Below, piece by piece: positions 20,841 to 31,648 of a stretch of DNA of 64,000 nucleotides (positions within the stretch are counted from its first letter, which is position 1; the number at the start of each line of letters is the position of its first letter). The position numbers and the translations under genes were made by a program. Below the pieces are notes generated by a model, which was given only the letters and a program-made list of their open reading frames with translations, was not told where the DNA came from and did no database searches. Origin of the DNA: an uncultured Methanosarcinales archaeon (lineage in GTDB: Archaea; Halobacteriota; Methanosarcinia; Methanotrichales; Methanotrichaceae); the NCBI GenBank assembly GCA_963843555.1, contig CAWJKV010000003.1, positions 192,001-256,000 on the forward strand. The letters are read 5' to 3'.

Positions 20841-21206
20841 ATGGCAGGATTTTTAGAAAAGCTCAAGCTCATAGGAAAGTCCGGAGAACAGGATTACTCT
20901 GAGGTAGATCTGGGTCAATTCGTGGAGTCGAACGGCTCCTCTGAGACTGTCTTGCGCGTCGCGGAACTGGGTCGAATCGAGGTTCTGCCGGAGATCAAGC
21001 AGGAGATCTACGCCGGGAATATCGTCCTGGTGGATATCGCAGGGCTGAAGAGGGATAAAGCCGCCCTGGATAGGGCCGTTGGTGAGCTCAAGAAGGCTGT
21101 CGAAGATGTCTCCGGAGATATTGCAGGAATCGGAGACGACTTAATCGTATTAGTCCCCAATGGCATAAAGATAGACCGCGAGAAGGTGGTCGGAGGAAAA
21201 GATTGA
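20841..21206 (+). CDS. sepF: Cell division protein SepF
   Basis: IY.GNIVLVDI...L.......GDIAGIG...IV..P.GIKIDR. Confidence 0.9.
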   Translation: MAGFLEKLKLIGKSGEQDYSEVDLGQFVESNGSSETVLRVAELGRIEVLPEIKQEIYAGNIVLVDIAGLKRDKAALDRAVGELKKAVEDVSGDIAGIGDDLIVLVPNGIKIDREKVVGGKD

Positions 21207-21772
21207 ATCTAACTACAAATGCTAACTGCCCAGTCTGCTCTGCCGAGATGCAGTTTTGTTGGGAGACTCGGGATATCCCGCATTTCGGGGAGGCCATGAT
21301 CATCGCCGGAGTCTGCGACTGCGGCTTTCGCCATAGCGATACCATTCTCTTGACTCAGAAGGAGCCGGTGCGGAGCACATTGCCTGTAGAGACCATCGAG
21401 GATCTGGACGCCAGGGTGATCCGCTCCTCCAGTGGCACCATAAGAGTCCCGGAGCTGGGCATTGATATCGAGCCGGGATTCGCCTCGGAGTCGTACATAT
21501 CCAATGTGGAGGGCGTCTTAGACAGGATCGAGGGCGTGGTATGTTTTGCCACACGCTCGGCGCGAGAGGCAGAAAACCTCGAAAGCACAACGAAAGGCGA
21601 AGAGATCCTGGAGAAGATTGAACTTGCTCGCAAGGGGCAGTTCCCACTGACACTAATTATTGAGGACCCCCTGGGAAATAGCGCCATCGTTTCTGAAAAG
21701 GCTGTGCAATCCCCTCTGACGGATGAGGATATTGCCCGCCTCAAGACCGGCATTATACTCTTGGACGCTTAG
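21203..21772 (+). CDS. ZPR1 zinc-finger domain protein
   Basis: CPVC...IPHFGE...C.CGFRHSD...[17 protein letters not shown]...SNVEGVL...DP.GNS. Confidence 0.93.
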   Translation: MNLTTNANCPVCSAEMQFCWETRDIPHFGEAMIIAGVCDCGFRHSDTILLTQKEPVRSTLPVETIEDLDARVIRSSSGTIRVPELGIDIEPGFASESYISNVEGVLDRIEGVVCFATRSAREAENLESTTKGEEILEKIELARKGQFPLTLIIEDPLGNSAIVSEKAVQSPLTDEDIARLKTGIILLDA

Positions 21773-21774
21773 AA

Positions 21775-22669
21775 ATGCTGGTCTTAAGCGGTGGCACGGG
21801 CACCCCCAAGCTTCTACTAGGACTAAAAGAACTTCTTCCCCCTTGCGAGCTCTCTGTGGTCGTAAATACAGCAGAAGATCTCTGGATTTCCGGGAACTAC
21901 ATCTCACCAGATCTCGATTCGGTGCTTTATACTCTGGCAGATTTGATAGATGAAAAAAAGTGGTGGGGCATAAAGGGCGACAAAACCCTCACCCATGACT
22001 TTCTGCTCACCCTGGGCGTGGATGAAAAGCTCACCGTAGGGGATAAAGATCGAGCCGTGCACATCTTTCGTTCCAATCTGCTCCGCCGAGGGGTCAAGTT
22101 GAGTCTGGCCACAGAAGCCCTGGCCGGGGCATTGGGAGTGGAGCAGAAGGTCGTCCCCATGACAGACGATATCGTCTCTACCGTTGTTGCCACATCAGAG
22201 GGGGTGATGCATTTTCAGGATTTCTGGGTAAGTCGGAGGGGCGAAGCCGGATGTTCGCTCAGTAGTTTTCACGGGATTGGAGGAGGCGCTTCCCAGCCAG
22301 GGATTCCTGGATCTGCTGGAGAAGGAGGATACGGTCCTTATCGGGCCCAGCAATCCGGTCACCAGCATCGGCCCCATCCTGGCTCTGCCCGGTGTACGAG
22401 AGCGCCTCCGGGACAAGAAGGTCGTGGCAGTGAGCCCTCTTGTTGGGAATAAGCCGGTCAGCGGTCCGGCTGCCAAGCTCATGGCGGCCTGCGGTGTTCC
22501 TGCCAGCGATGAAGGCGTGGCTGCTCTACTCGGGCATATCGACCTCTTCGTGGTGGACAGGAAGAGCGACTACCGCGGCGAATGCAAGCGTATGAAAACG
22601 CTTATGAGGACGAAAAATGAGAGTCTGGCAATGGCAAGAAGCTTGCTGGATATGATTTCATGTTCTTAG
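21775..22669 (+). CDS. cofD: 2-phospho-L-lactate transferase (frameshift near 22250)
   Basis: [53 protein letters not shown]. Confidence 0.93.
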
Positions 22670-23610
22670 GCATCGATCACGGCACCACAGCCATAAGGTT
22701 TGCCACAGAAAAAGGATGCTGCTGGGAGCTTCCCAGGCTTGAGGCGAGCCAGCTGTCTGCCCAGGAGATCATATCCCGGGTCTCGCAAAACCTTCTTCTC
22801 AGAGACGTAGACCTCGTGGCCCTGACTTATTCCATGGGAGACGGCCTCACCAGTATCGTCCGGCTGAAGGACGCCCCCCAACGGGGCCTGGTCAGCCTGG
22901 ATGGGGCCGGCCTTCACCAGGGCGGCGGAACCAGGGTCTTTGAAGCCATAAGTGAATCTGGCTGGCCGGCTATCCTCTTGCCCGGCATTCATCGCGCCAG
23001 CGATATCGATCCCAGGCTGAAGGTCTTCAGCCACGGCATGAGCCCGGAAAAGGTAGGTCTGGCTTACGGCGTCTTCAAAAAGGGAGTCAACAGCTTCATC
23101 GTCTGCGATGCCAGCTCCAATACAGTGAGCTTTTGCGTACTTGATGGAAAGATCATCGGGGCCATCGATGCGCCCATCTTTGCGCCCGGCCTGATGCAGG
23201 GGCCTCTGGACGTGGACGCCATAAGAGACGTAGATGCGGGAAAGATGACGGCCAACCAGGCCTTTTCCCGCGGAGGTATTCTCAGGAAGATGGGAAAAGC
23301 AGCATTGGAGGAATGCCGCCCGGAGGAGAGGATGCTGGCCCTCGAATCACTGGCTCTATTCGCGGCCATGGAGATCAATGCCCTGCTCGTCCTTACTCGG
23401 GATCTCGGCGAGCCGAATCCGGGTCTATTTTTAGCGGGAAGCCCGGCTCCTTTGATCAAAGGGCGCGTGGCCGGGCTTCTGGGCAGAGATGTAGGGACTC
23501 TTGAGAGATGCTCTGCAGCGCAAGGGTGCGCCTGTATTGCAGAAGATGTATTCAAAGGCTGCAAAGACATCCTGGGCTTGGATGTGGATGAGCGAGTCAG
23601 GGATGTTTAA
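22660..23610 (+). CDS. Methanogenesis marker 12 protein
   Basis: [23 protein letters not shown]...GGGTRVF, PGIHR, FSH..SPEK, GAIDA. Confidence 0.88.
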   Translation: MFLGIDHGTTAIRFATEKGCCWELPRLEASQLSAQEIISRVSQNLLLRDVDLVALTYSMGDGLTSIVRLKDAPQRGLVSLDGAGLHQGGGTRVFEAISESGWPAILLPGIHRASDIDPRLKVFSHGMSPEKVGLAYGVFKKGVNSFIVCDASSNTVSFCVLDGKIIGAIDAPIFAPGLMQGPLDVDAIRDVDAGKMTANQAFSRGGILRKMGKAALEECRPEERMLALESLALFAAMEINALLVLTRDLGEPNPGLFLAGSPAPLIKGRVAGLLGRDVGTLERCSAAQGCACIAEDVFKGCKDILGLDVDERVRDV

Positions 23611-23695
23611 TTAAGAAATATCTCGCCGACGGTCTTCCCGTCCACACCCGGGCGCGCGCGCACGCTGGCGAGCGTGCCGGCGGGAGTGCGGGCGC

Positions 23696-23911
23696 GTGCC
23701 GGAGGATGGCGGCATAGCTCAATTGCACACCAACCTGGTGATGATCAGTCCCGCAGTGAAAGCCGATACCAAGATGGCGGCATATCACAGTCGCGGGGAA
23801 TTCATATGGTACTGGCACACTGGCATATGCTGGAATGTGTATCTGACAAGTAAGGTAGGTGTGTACCATTCTGCGTTGTTGGGCGCTCTTTTTCCTTCAA
23901 AACCCACATGA
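23696..23911 (+). pseudogene. Degraded fragment of a matrixin-like protease paralog
   Basis: TNLVMISPAVKAD aligns with TNLVTLNPTVQAD, and YLTSKVGVYHSAL with YNSNRVDGYYTAL, of 24279-25544. Confidence 0.65.
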
Positions 23912-23917
23912 TTCGTT

Positions 23918-23973
23918 GACTCGTACATGGATGACGAAAATCGATACCTAACGAGAGATTTTCATGGGAAAAT
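23918..23973 (+). mobile_element. Ends-only remnant of the IS110 element
   Basis: GACTCGTACATGGA resembles the left junction GACTCATACATGGA; GATTTTCATGGGAAAAT resembles the right end GTTTCTCATGGGAAAT. Confidence 0.6.
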
Positions 23974-24222
23974 TGAGACTCTGATATTTTGGGAAACGAG
24001 CAAACAGGCTGCCGAGTCCTCGTGAAAGCTCTGACTGCTTCGTTAACCGGAGATATCATTCAAACTAAGGCTTTTGACGTATATCTTCCTTATTATTGGA
24101 TCTAATAGGTGATTTTAATCCATATCCGGGTCATTATTATGAACACCGTCTTTAACGAAACCTATTTATATATCGACACTCAACGAAGAAATATCTCCAA
24201 TAGAATGGGGATCTCTAAAAGC

Positions 24223-24259
24223 CTCAAGTATTATTTTATCACTATAATAAATACTTGAG
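24223..24259 (+). promoter_or_regulatory. 5'-leader hairpin just upstream of the RBS of protease copy 1
   Basis: Perfect 10-bp inverted repeat CTCAAGTATT/AATACTTGAG; covarying equivalent at 26101-26140. Confidence 0.6.
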
Positions 24260-24278
24260 ATAAAGGAGGATCAATTTA

Positions 24279-25544
24279 ATGGTAAAATGTATTTCAGTAC
24301 TAGCGCTAGCTATGCTTTTAGTTGGCCTAATGACACCTGCCCTGGGATTATCGGTGAGCGTCAGTGGTGGGGCTGGTGCGGACTCCGTTTCAACATCCAC
24401 TACCTATAACCTGGACAAATCGACATCGCTCCAGGAATCAGTCCGGTTGGCAGATGGCGAGATTTCTAAGGACCTTACTGCAAGCGGATCTGGTGATAAC
24501 AGTATATCAACCACATCCAGTGCAAACGATAAGAGTGCAGGCACAGAAATAGAAAGCTCTGGAGACTTCCGGACTGCGGCCTTTGCAGGCGCATCCGGCG
24601 AAGGTGTCGGGATCAGCCAGGACACGGCCATGTCAGGCAGCTATGGCGGCATAAGCTATCATGCTGATTCTCCGGAGAATAAAATGGTGGTATCGAGCGG
24701 CTTTGAGGGCGAAGGCGACCTGAAGGCAGGCATTAGTGCGACAGCTGGAGAAAATGCTGCTATATCGGGCAATTTGAACGCTCTGGGTGTGGAAATGCTT
24801 GACAGCGAAAGCTTGCAGGCCTTATCTTCTGGCGACGTTGCCATGTCTATGGATGGATTATACTCTCTGTCCGATGGGGGCCTGGGGAGTTTCGGCCTGA
24901 GCGCTGCAAATACCGGGAAGGAAACGGTTAGCAGCGGGACCTCCGCATTGCTTACAGGCCCGGTATCCACAGGGACCGGAGGAAATGCCAATGCTTATCT
25001 CTTAACGGGCCTGAGATGGAATACAAAAGATCCTCAGCTCAAAATTGTGCTGAAGAATGATGCGTACCTTAAAGGCGAAGGTATGAGCACCAGCGCAGTG
25101 CAGAGCGCAATCGCGGCAGCAGCCAACACCTGGGATGATGCCTCAAACCAGAATCTCTTTGCCAATACCAATCTGGTAACGCTGAACCCAACAGTACAGG
25201 CCGACGTTTACAACAGAATTAACACGTTTAGCTGGAAGCCATCCGGCGCCAGTTACTTAGGATACTCCAGGACCTGGTACAATTCAAATAGGGTTGACGG
25301 ATACTACACCGCCCTGGATTCAGATATTGTATTCAATTCGAACTATAAGTGGACCACGAATGGAAATGGTATCGATGTCCAGTCGGTGGCATTGCATGAA
25401 ATGGGCCATACACTCGGATTGGGAGATCTTTACGGCAAGGCTCAATTCAGCAAGGATACAAGACAGGTGATGCATTACTACACAGGAGTCAAGCGCACCC
25501 TTGGAAACGGCGACGCAACTGGTATCTGGAAGCTCTACCACTGA
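24279..25544 (+). CDS. Secreted matrixin-like (metzincin) zinc metalloprotease, copy 1
   Basis: Signal peptide; Ser/Gly-rich N-terminal domain; HEMGHTLGLGD (HExxHxxGxxD) and Met-turn VMHY; AAGGAGG RBS. Confidence 0.9.
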   Translation: MVKCISVLALAMLLVGLMTPALGLSVSVSGGAGADSVSTSTTYNLDKSTSLQESVRLADGEISKDLTASGSGDNSISTTSSANDKSAGTEIESSGDFRTAAFAGASGEGVGISQDTAMSGSYGGISYHADSPENKMVVSSGFEGEGDLKAGISATAGENAAISGNLNALGVEMLDSESLQALSSGDVAMSMDGLYSLSDGGLGSFGLSAANTGKETVSSGTSALLTGPVSTGTGGNANAYLLTGLRWNTKDPQLKIVLKNDAYLKGEGMSTSAVQSAIAAAANTWDDASNQNLFANTNLVTLNPTVQADVYNRINTFSWKPSGASYLGYSRTWYNSNRVDGYYTALDSDIVFNSNYKWTTNGNGIDVQSVALHEMGHTLGLGDLYGKAQFSKDTRQVMHYYTGVKRTLGNGDATGIWKLYH

Positions 25545-25684
25545 AACTGATGGCTCCGGGAGCGATCAAACTTTTTTTTTATCTTTTTAATTTTCAGGTC
25601 CATACATGCAGATAGTGTAGCACCTCTAGAAATTGGTCGGGTTCTCGAATCATTGAATGGCCTCCGTATGTTCGTCAGCTCCTC

Positions 25685-25805
25685 GATGCTCCATACCAGA
25701 ACCTCTTCGCTGACGCCAACCTTGTGACAATCAGCCCCAACAGTGAATGGTGCCAAGCGCACCTCCGGAAACGAAGACAAGACGAGGTTGGCGCTTTACA
25801 AATGA
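25685..25805 (+). pseudogene. Internally deleted relic of another protease copy
   Basis: QNLFADANLVTISPN fused to AKRTSGNEDKTRLALYK*, compared with VKRTLGNGDATGIWKLYH*. Confidence 0.75.
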
Positions 25806-26158
25806 GGCCGATGGCTCCAAGAGCATTGGGCCTCTTTTTCCATTCAAGGACGGAGAATCTGGTCACTGGAAAACGAGCGAACTGGCACCGAGTCCACGCG
25901 AAAGCTCTGACCCCTTCGTTAACCAGCGATACCAATTTAAACTAAGGCTTTTAACGTGTATTTTCTTATTACGGCTCTAACAACTGATTTAATCCGATAG
26001 GAATCGCTATATCGAATGCGTAGGCTTGAATGCAAAAACTATTTATACTACGACATTCAACGAAGATTCAACTCAAATATAACCTGAATGCTTCGTAAAA
26101 CCCAGGTACTTGTAATACTAACAACAAGTCAGTACTTGGGAAAAGGAGGATCGATTTA

Positions 26159-27419
26159 ATGAGGAAATACATTTTAGCATTAGCGTTAGCTATGGTTTTA
26201 GTTGGCTTAATGGCACCTGCCCTTGGATTATCTGTGAGTGCCATAGGCGGAACCGGAAGTGACTCCAGCTCAACATCGTCTACATATAATCTTGACGCAT
26301 CTACTTCTCTTCAGGAGTCAGTCACATTGGCAGATGGCCAGATTTCTAAGGTCCTCACTGCAAGCGGATCCGGAGATAATCTAGCATATCGATCTCATCC
26401 AGCGCAGACGACAAGAGTGCAAGCACTGAGATAGAAAGCTCTGGAAACTTTCAGACATTCGCCTTTACAGGAGCATCCGGCGAAGGTGTCGGGATCAGCC
26501 AGGACACGGCTATGTCCGGCAGCTATGGCGGCATGACCTATCACGCTGATTCTCCAGAGAACAAAATGGTAATCTCGAGCGGCTTCGATGGCGAGGGCGA
26601 CCTGACGGCAGGCATTTCTGCAGCAGCCGGAGAAAATGCCGCCATGTCGGGCAATTTGAATGCTCTGGGAGTGGAAATGCTTGACAGCGAAAGCATGCAG
26701 GCATTAGCTTCCGGCGACATTGCCATGTCGTGGATGGATCTATATTCCCTGCCCAATGGTGGCCTCGGGAATTTCGGCCTGAGCGCCGCAAATACCGAGA
26801 AGGAAACGGTTAGCAGCGATACCTCTGCCTTGCTCACAGGCCCGGAGTCTACTGCGTACGGCTGGGGGAAATGCTGATGCTTATGCCTTAATAGGTTATA
26901 GATGGAATACAAAAGATCCTCAGCTCAAATGGGTCCTGAAGAATGACGCATACATGACCGGCGAGGGTCTAAGCACCAGTGCGGTGCAGAGCGCCATCGC
27001 GACTGCAGCCAACACATGGGATGATGCCGACAAACCAGAATCTATTTGCCGATAGCAACCTGGTTACTTTGAATCCAAATGTAGCCACCGAAAGATACAA
27101 CAAGATAAATACAATTAGTTGGAGGCCGATTGACAAGGGTTTGTCTGGCCTATATACGCCTTAACTGGTCTAGTTGTGGCAGTGCTGTTGATTCCGATAT
27201 CGTGTTCAATTCGAAATACGAATGGAGTACGAGCGGAAAAAATGGTGTTGATGTTCAGTCGATAGCATTGCACGAAATGGGCCACACGATTGGATTGGCC
27301 GATCTTTACGGTAAGGCTCCATTCAGCGAGATACACGACAGGCTATGCACTACGATAGAGGCGTCAAGCGCACTCTCGGAAACGGTGACATGAAAGGCAT
27401 CTTCTATCTTTACCAATGA
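26159..27419 (+). CDS. Secreted matrixin-like protease, copy 2 (several frameshifts; error or pseudogene)
   Basis: High nucleotide similarity to copy 1; HEMGHTIGLAD. Confidence 0.8.
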
Positions 27420-27842
27420 GCTTGAAGGCCTCTATGGCATCACATATTTTTTTCATTTTGGATGTGTCAGCATAAGAAATTCGTGACTAATGGGGCACAT
27501 CAGTATATAAAAATGCTTTTGATATTGAAGCGAAGAAAGTAGATATTATCGGAAGCCTCATGGGCGAAGAGACTGCCGAGCCCTCGCGAAATCTCTATCT
27601 CCCTTCGTTAAACTGCGATTCTAGTTTTTAATTAAGACTTCTAATATATATTTTTCTCCTTATTGTTTTCAATGATTGATTTAACCTCAATCCATATCGC
27701 TGTTACGAATATCTGTGCTAAGCGGAAGATATTTAGATATCGGACTGCGAAAAAATTGTTTCGCCGAATAGAGACAACCTTAAAAACTCTTATACTCACA
27801 ATACCGAATAACATAAGTATTTCACATAGGAGGAATCGATTA

Positions 27843-29101
27843 ATGAAGAAATGTTTCATAGCTTTAGCCTTAGCTATATTCTTGTATGGATTGATGACTC
27901 CAGCCCTGAGCATCAGTTTGAGCTATAATGCCGAAAATAATGGTAAGATAGTCTCATCATCCTCCACCTATATGCTCGATAAATCTACATCACTAAAGGA
28001 GTCAGCCATTTTGGGAGATGGCAAGATCGCAAGGGACCTTACTGCTAGCGGATCAGGAAACAACCGCATATTAATCGCATCCAGCGCAAGCGGAAGGGTG
28101 CAGACACCAAGATGGAAGGCTCTGGAGACTTCAGGACTGCAGCCTCGGTGGGTGCATTTGATGACGGTGTCTTGATAAGTCAAGATACAGCTATTTCCGG
28201 CAGCCATGGCGACCTAACCTATCACGCTGATTCTCCAGAGAATGGGGCGGAAATTCGACAGGCTTTGATGGCGAGGGCGACCTGAAGGCAGGCATCTTTG
28301 CAGTAGCGGGAGAAAATGCTGAAATATCTGGCAATATTAAAGCTCTTGGAATAGAGATGCTCGATAGCGAACTCATGCACGCATTAGCTTCAGGCGACGT
28401 TGACATGTCCGTCGATGGACTATATATCCAGCCCAATGGCGACCTAGGGAATTTTGGCCTGAGCGCCGCAAATACCAAGAAGGGAAAAGTTGGCGGCGAT
28501 ACTTCCGGCCTTCCTTACAGGCCCAGATTACAGTGATGATGGAGGGAATGCCAATGCATATGCCTTCACTGGCACCAAGTGGACCACAAGAGATCCCAAG
28601 CTAAAGTGGGTCTTGAAGAATGATGCAAATATGGCAGCAGAGGGTCTAAGCGAAAGTGAGGTGCAGAGTCTCATGATATCAGTTGCTAACACTTGGGATG
28701 ATGCCTCAAACCAGAATCTCTTCGCAGATAGCAGCTTGGTAACGTTGAATCCCAACGTGAAAGCCGACAGTTTCGATAGATACAATCCCGTTAATACCAT
28801 TAATTGGATGTATTCGCCAAGCGTTTGTCTGGCCTATACGAGAACCTGGTCTAAGTATGGCAGTGCTATTGATTCCGATATCGTGTTTAATACGAAATAT
28901 GGCTGGGACACGAACGGAATAACCGGTCTTGATGTTCAATCGATAGCATTGCACGAAATGGGACACACGCTCGGCTTGGACGATCTATACGGTAAACCCG
29001 TGTTCAAGAGCGATACCCGCCAGGTGATGCATTACTACACAGGCATCAAGCGCACACTCGGAAACGGCGACTTGAAGGGTATCTGGAACCTCTACCAATG
29101 A
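27843..29101 (+). CDS. Secreted matrixin-like protease, copy 3 (frameshifted)
   Basis: MKKCFIALALA signal peptide; HEMGHTLGLDD; VMHYYTGIKRTLGNGD. Confidence 0.82.
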
Positions 29102-29187
29102 GCTGGATGGCTCAGACAGCCATCACTTATTTTCTAATTTCTAAAACCTCTTCGATTCCGGACTCATACATGGAGCATGAGAAACCT

Positions 29188-29372
29188 GATTGCCTGAACA
29201 GCCTTAATATGGTTGATATGGGCAGTGAAGGCTGTTTCATTTTTGGGACTGCGATCCTGTATTTAAAACTAGCCATCTGAACCGCTCGCATACATGGATG
29301 CGTCTTTGAACGCGTATGGGAAAATGTCCCTACGAGGGTTTTAGCATCTGCCCATATCAGGCCAGGTAATAA
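29188..29372 (+). ncRNA. Candidate IS110 bridge/seek RNA
   Basis: Non-coding left end; perfect 12-bp stem 29214-29225/29348-29359; internal matches to both element junctions. Confidence 0.55.
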
Positions 29373-29377
29373 TATGA

Positions 29378-30624
29378 CTGGAGCAAAGGAATAAAGTTTG
29401 CGGAGTTGATATCCACAAGAAATTTCTCATTGCTACGATTCTCTCCCGAGACGGAACCAAGATACAGAAGCGATATAGTACAGATATCGATGATCTATTG
29501 AATTTTAGAGACTGGGTTATCAAAGAAAACTGCGATTGCGTGGCTATTGAGTCAACTGGTGTCTATTGGTATCCAGTGAATGCCGTTCTAGAAAAAAGAG
29601 TCAAGCTGATATTGGCCAATGCTCATCAGATCAAGCATACTCCCGGCAGAAAGACAGATTCCATAGATTCTGAATGGATTGCGGAGCTTGCTCTTAACAA
29701 TCTGATTGATCCATCACGAATATTTCCGAAAGAAGATCGAGATCTTAGAAGACTGACCCGGACAAGAGAGAGTCTGGTCAAGATCAGATCTCAGATGAAG
29801 AATCAAGTTCATCAAGGACTGGAATCGTGTAGCATAAAAGCTCTCTTCGGTTCTTTCTGATAATTTTGGCAAATCGGGGAGATACATTCTGGATGGTCTG
29901 ATCAATGGAGAGAACATCGATGAGGTCATTGCTGGAATTCCCTCAAAGAGAGTTAGAAATAACGGCGATCAAATTCGGACGGCAATTAAGACGGGTCTAG
30001 ACCAAATCCAGGTATTTCTTATTCGATCTCATTTAGACACTATTGACTGCTTAACAAAGAAGCTTGACGAAATAGATCTCGAGATAAAGCAAAGGATCTC
30101 AGGAAGAAAGAACGATTTACAGATTGCTATGTCTGTACCGGGAATAGGATTTACAGCAGCTACGACAATTCTTGCGGAGATAGGGAATTACAGGGACTTT
30201 AGTACGCCAGATAAACTTGCCTCGTGGTGTGGAATAGTTCCCAGTGTGTACCAATCTGCAGATAAGCTTCTCACCGGAAGTATCACGAAGCAAGGTTCAA
30301 AGCATATTCGTCGGATACTGGTTCAAGTTGCTCACGCTGCAGCCAAGAAGAGGGGGTCGAAGCTCAGGAAATTCTTCCTAAGGGTAAAAGCCAAGAAAAG
30401 GATATAACGTGGCAGTCGTGGCTTTAGCCAGAAAGATACTCTGTATTTTGCATCATCTCCTTATGAACCAAGAATTGTATCAAGAAGACGGAGTGGAGAA
30501 ATCAAGTCAACAAAGATCGATTGGTCTTCCGCGACGAATGATAAGATGAGCTCTGAAGACCATGATTGAGATTATTGCCAAAGCTGGTTACGAGGTGAGG
30601 AAGATTGAACGAAATGGGGGTTAA
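29378..30624 (+). CDS. IS110 family DEDD recombinase/transposase (frameshifted)
   Basis: CGVDIHK, AIESTGVYW, PGRKTD..D..WIA; C-terminal SVPGIG...ILAEIG...F...LASWCG.VP...QS...ITKQG, VALARK. Confidence 0.93.
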
Positions 30625-30801
30625 GCCCCCCATTCTTGATTTTGGGAGGTTTCTCATGGGAAATGATGTGACCAAAGGCTTCCAGAGAACACTATCTGCA
30701 CTTATGATGAAAATTCAGCAAAAGCTATATGTATCAACAATCTAAAAGGGACTGGCAGGAGGGTGGAATAGATCAGAGCAAGGTTCATTTATCTCTTCAT
30801 A

Positions 30802-31632
30802 TTGATACTGGCGATCCTGGCTCAGGCAGAGGGAAAAGTCGGCTATAGCATCTCTGTTACCGTAAATGATAGTAATGCCAGCACCTCCTGGGGGAGGAGT
30901 CATTTTACTTCCGTGTTTGACTTCAACTCAGAAAGCCACACCAAGGGAGATGGAAACTCAACCCAATATACGAAAATAAGCGGATTGACAGGCGTGAGTT
31001 TGCTGGAAACCACCCACACCAAAGAAGGTAGACTCAAAGAAGATAAGCGTCTGTCAGCGATAAGTTCTGTGAATTCCATAGCCATTGATGAGTCTGTATC
31101 GAACAATGCAGAAAAATACAGCGTTACAATAAATGAAAGCATGCCATCTTATTTAATTAGCGTAAGCGAAGTTCAATATAGGGGAGAAGGAATTAATAAA
31201 AGGAGCAACTATATAAATAATGACGATGAAATAATGACCCGCTATCAGGCAAAGAAGTTCTCTGAATCAACCGCCTTCCTGGCAAAATATCGAAATGCGC
31301 TCATAGTTGCGGATGTAACCCCGAACGAAATCGTCGAATTCATAGGGGAGAATTACAGCACCGCGCTGCAGACGTCTTCGAATTCGGATATGTACTCCGG
31401 ATTCAAAATAAGATCCTCCAATGAATTCATCGAGCAGGATTACTTTGGCCAATTCAAAATAGATAGACGCATCGAAAAGTCTCATAGCTATGCAAAACAG
31501 GAACCGGATGATCTTGAGGATCTGCTGGATTGCTGCCCGTCAGAATATGCCAGTTTAGACTATTCCCTGCAGGCTGCAAGGCTATGCTTGTGTCGTTCGG
31601 CTCTATCCGGATTGGATAATGGCATGAAATGA
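30802..31632 (+). CDS. Secreted beta-rich hypothetical protein with a C-terminal CCP motif (true start slightly upstream)
   Basis: Hydrophobic leader ending in AEG; paralogous to 5346-6293. Confidence 0.78.
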   Translation: MILAILAQAEGKVGYSISVTVNDSNASTSWGRSHFTSVFDFNSESHTKGDGNSTQYTKISGLTGVSLLETTHTKEGRLKEDKRLSAISSVNSIAIDESVSNNAEKYSVTINESMPSYLISVSEVQYRGEGINKRSNYINNDDEIMTRYQAKKFSESTAFLAKYRNALIVADVTPNEIVEFIGENYSTALQTSSNSDMYSGFKIRSSNEFIEQDYFGQFKIDRRIEKSHSYAKQEPDDLEDLLDCCPSEYASLDYSLQAARLCLCRSALSGLDNGMK

Positions 31633-31648
31633 AATGGGTGAGTTAAAA

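Larger units (their letters stand above)
29170..30665 (+). mobile_element. IS110-family insertion sequence
   Basis: Perfect 12-bp subterminal inverted repeats CATGAGAAACCT (29176-29187) and AGGTTTCTCATG (30647-30658); ATG shared at both junctions; IS110 recombinase inside. Confidence 0.85.

Noticed and set aside
25884..25895. TGGCACCGAGTC resembles a tracrRNA or T-box word; the surrounding block is loosely c-di-GMP riboswitch-like
   Set aside because: Short match, not conserved in the paralogous copies; required helices absent; lies upstream of the probable TATA box.
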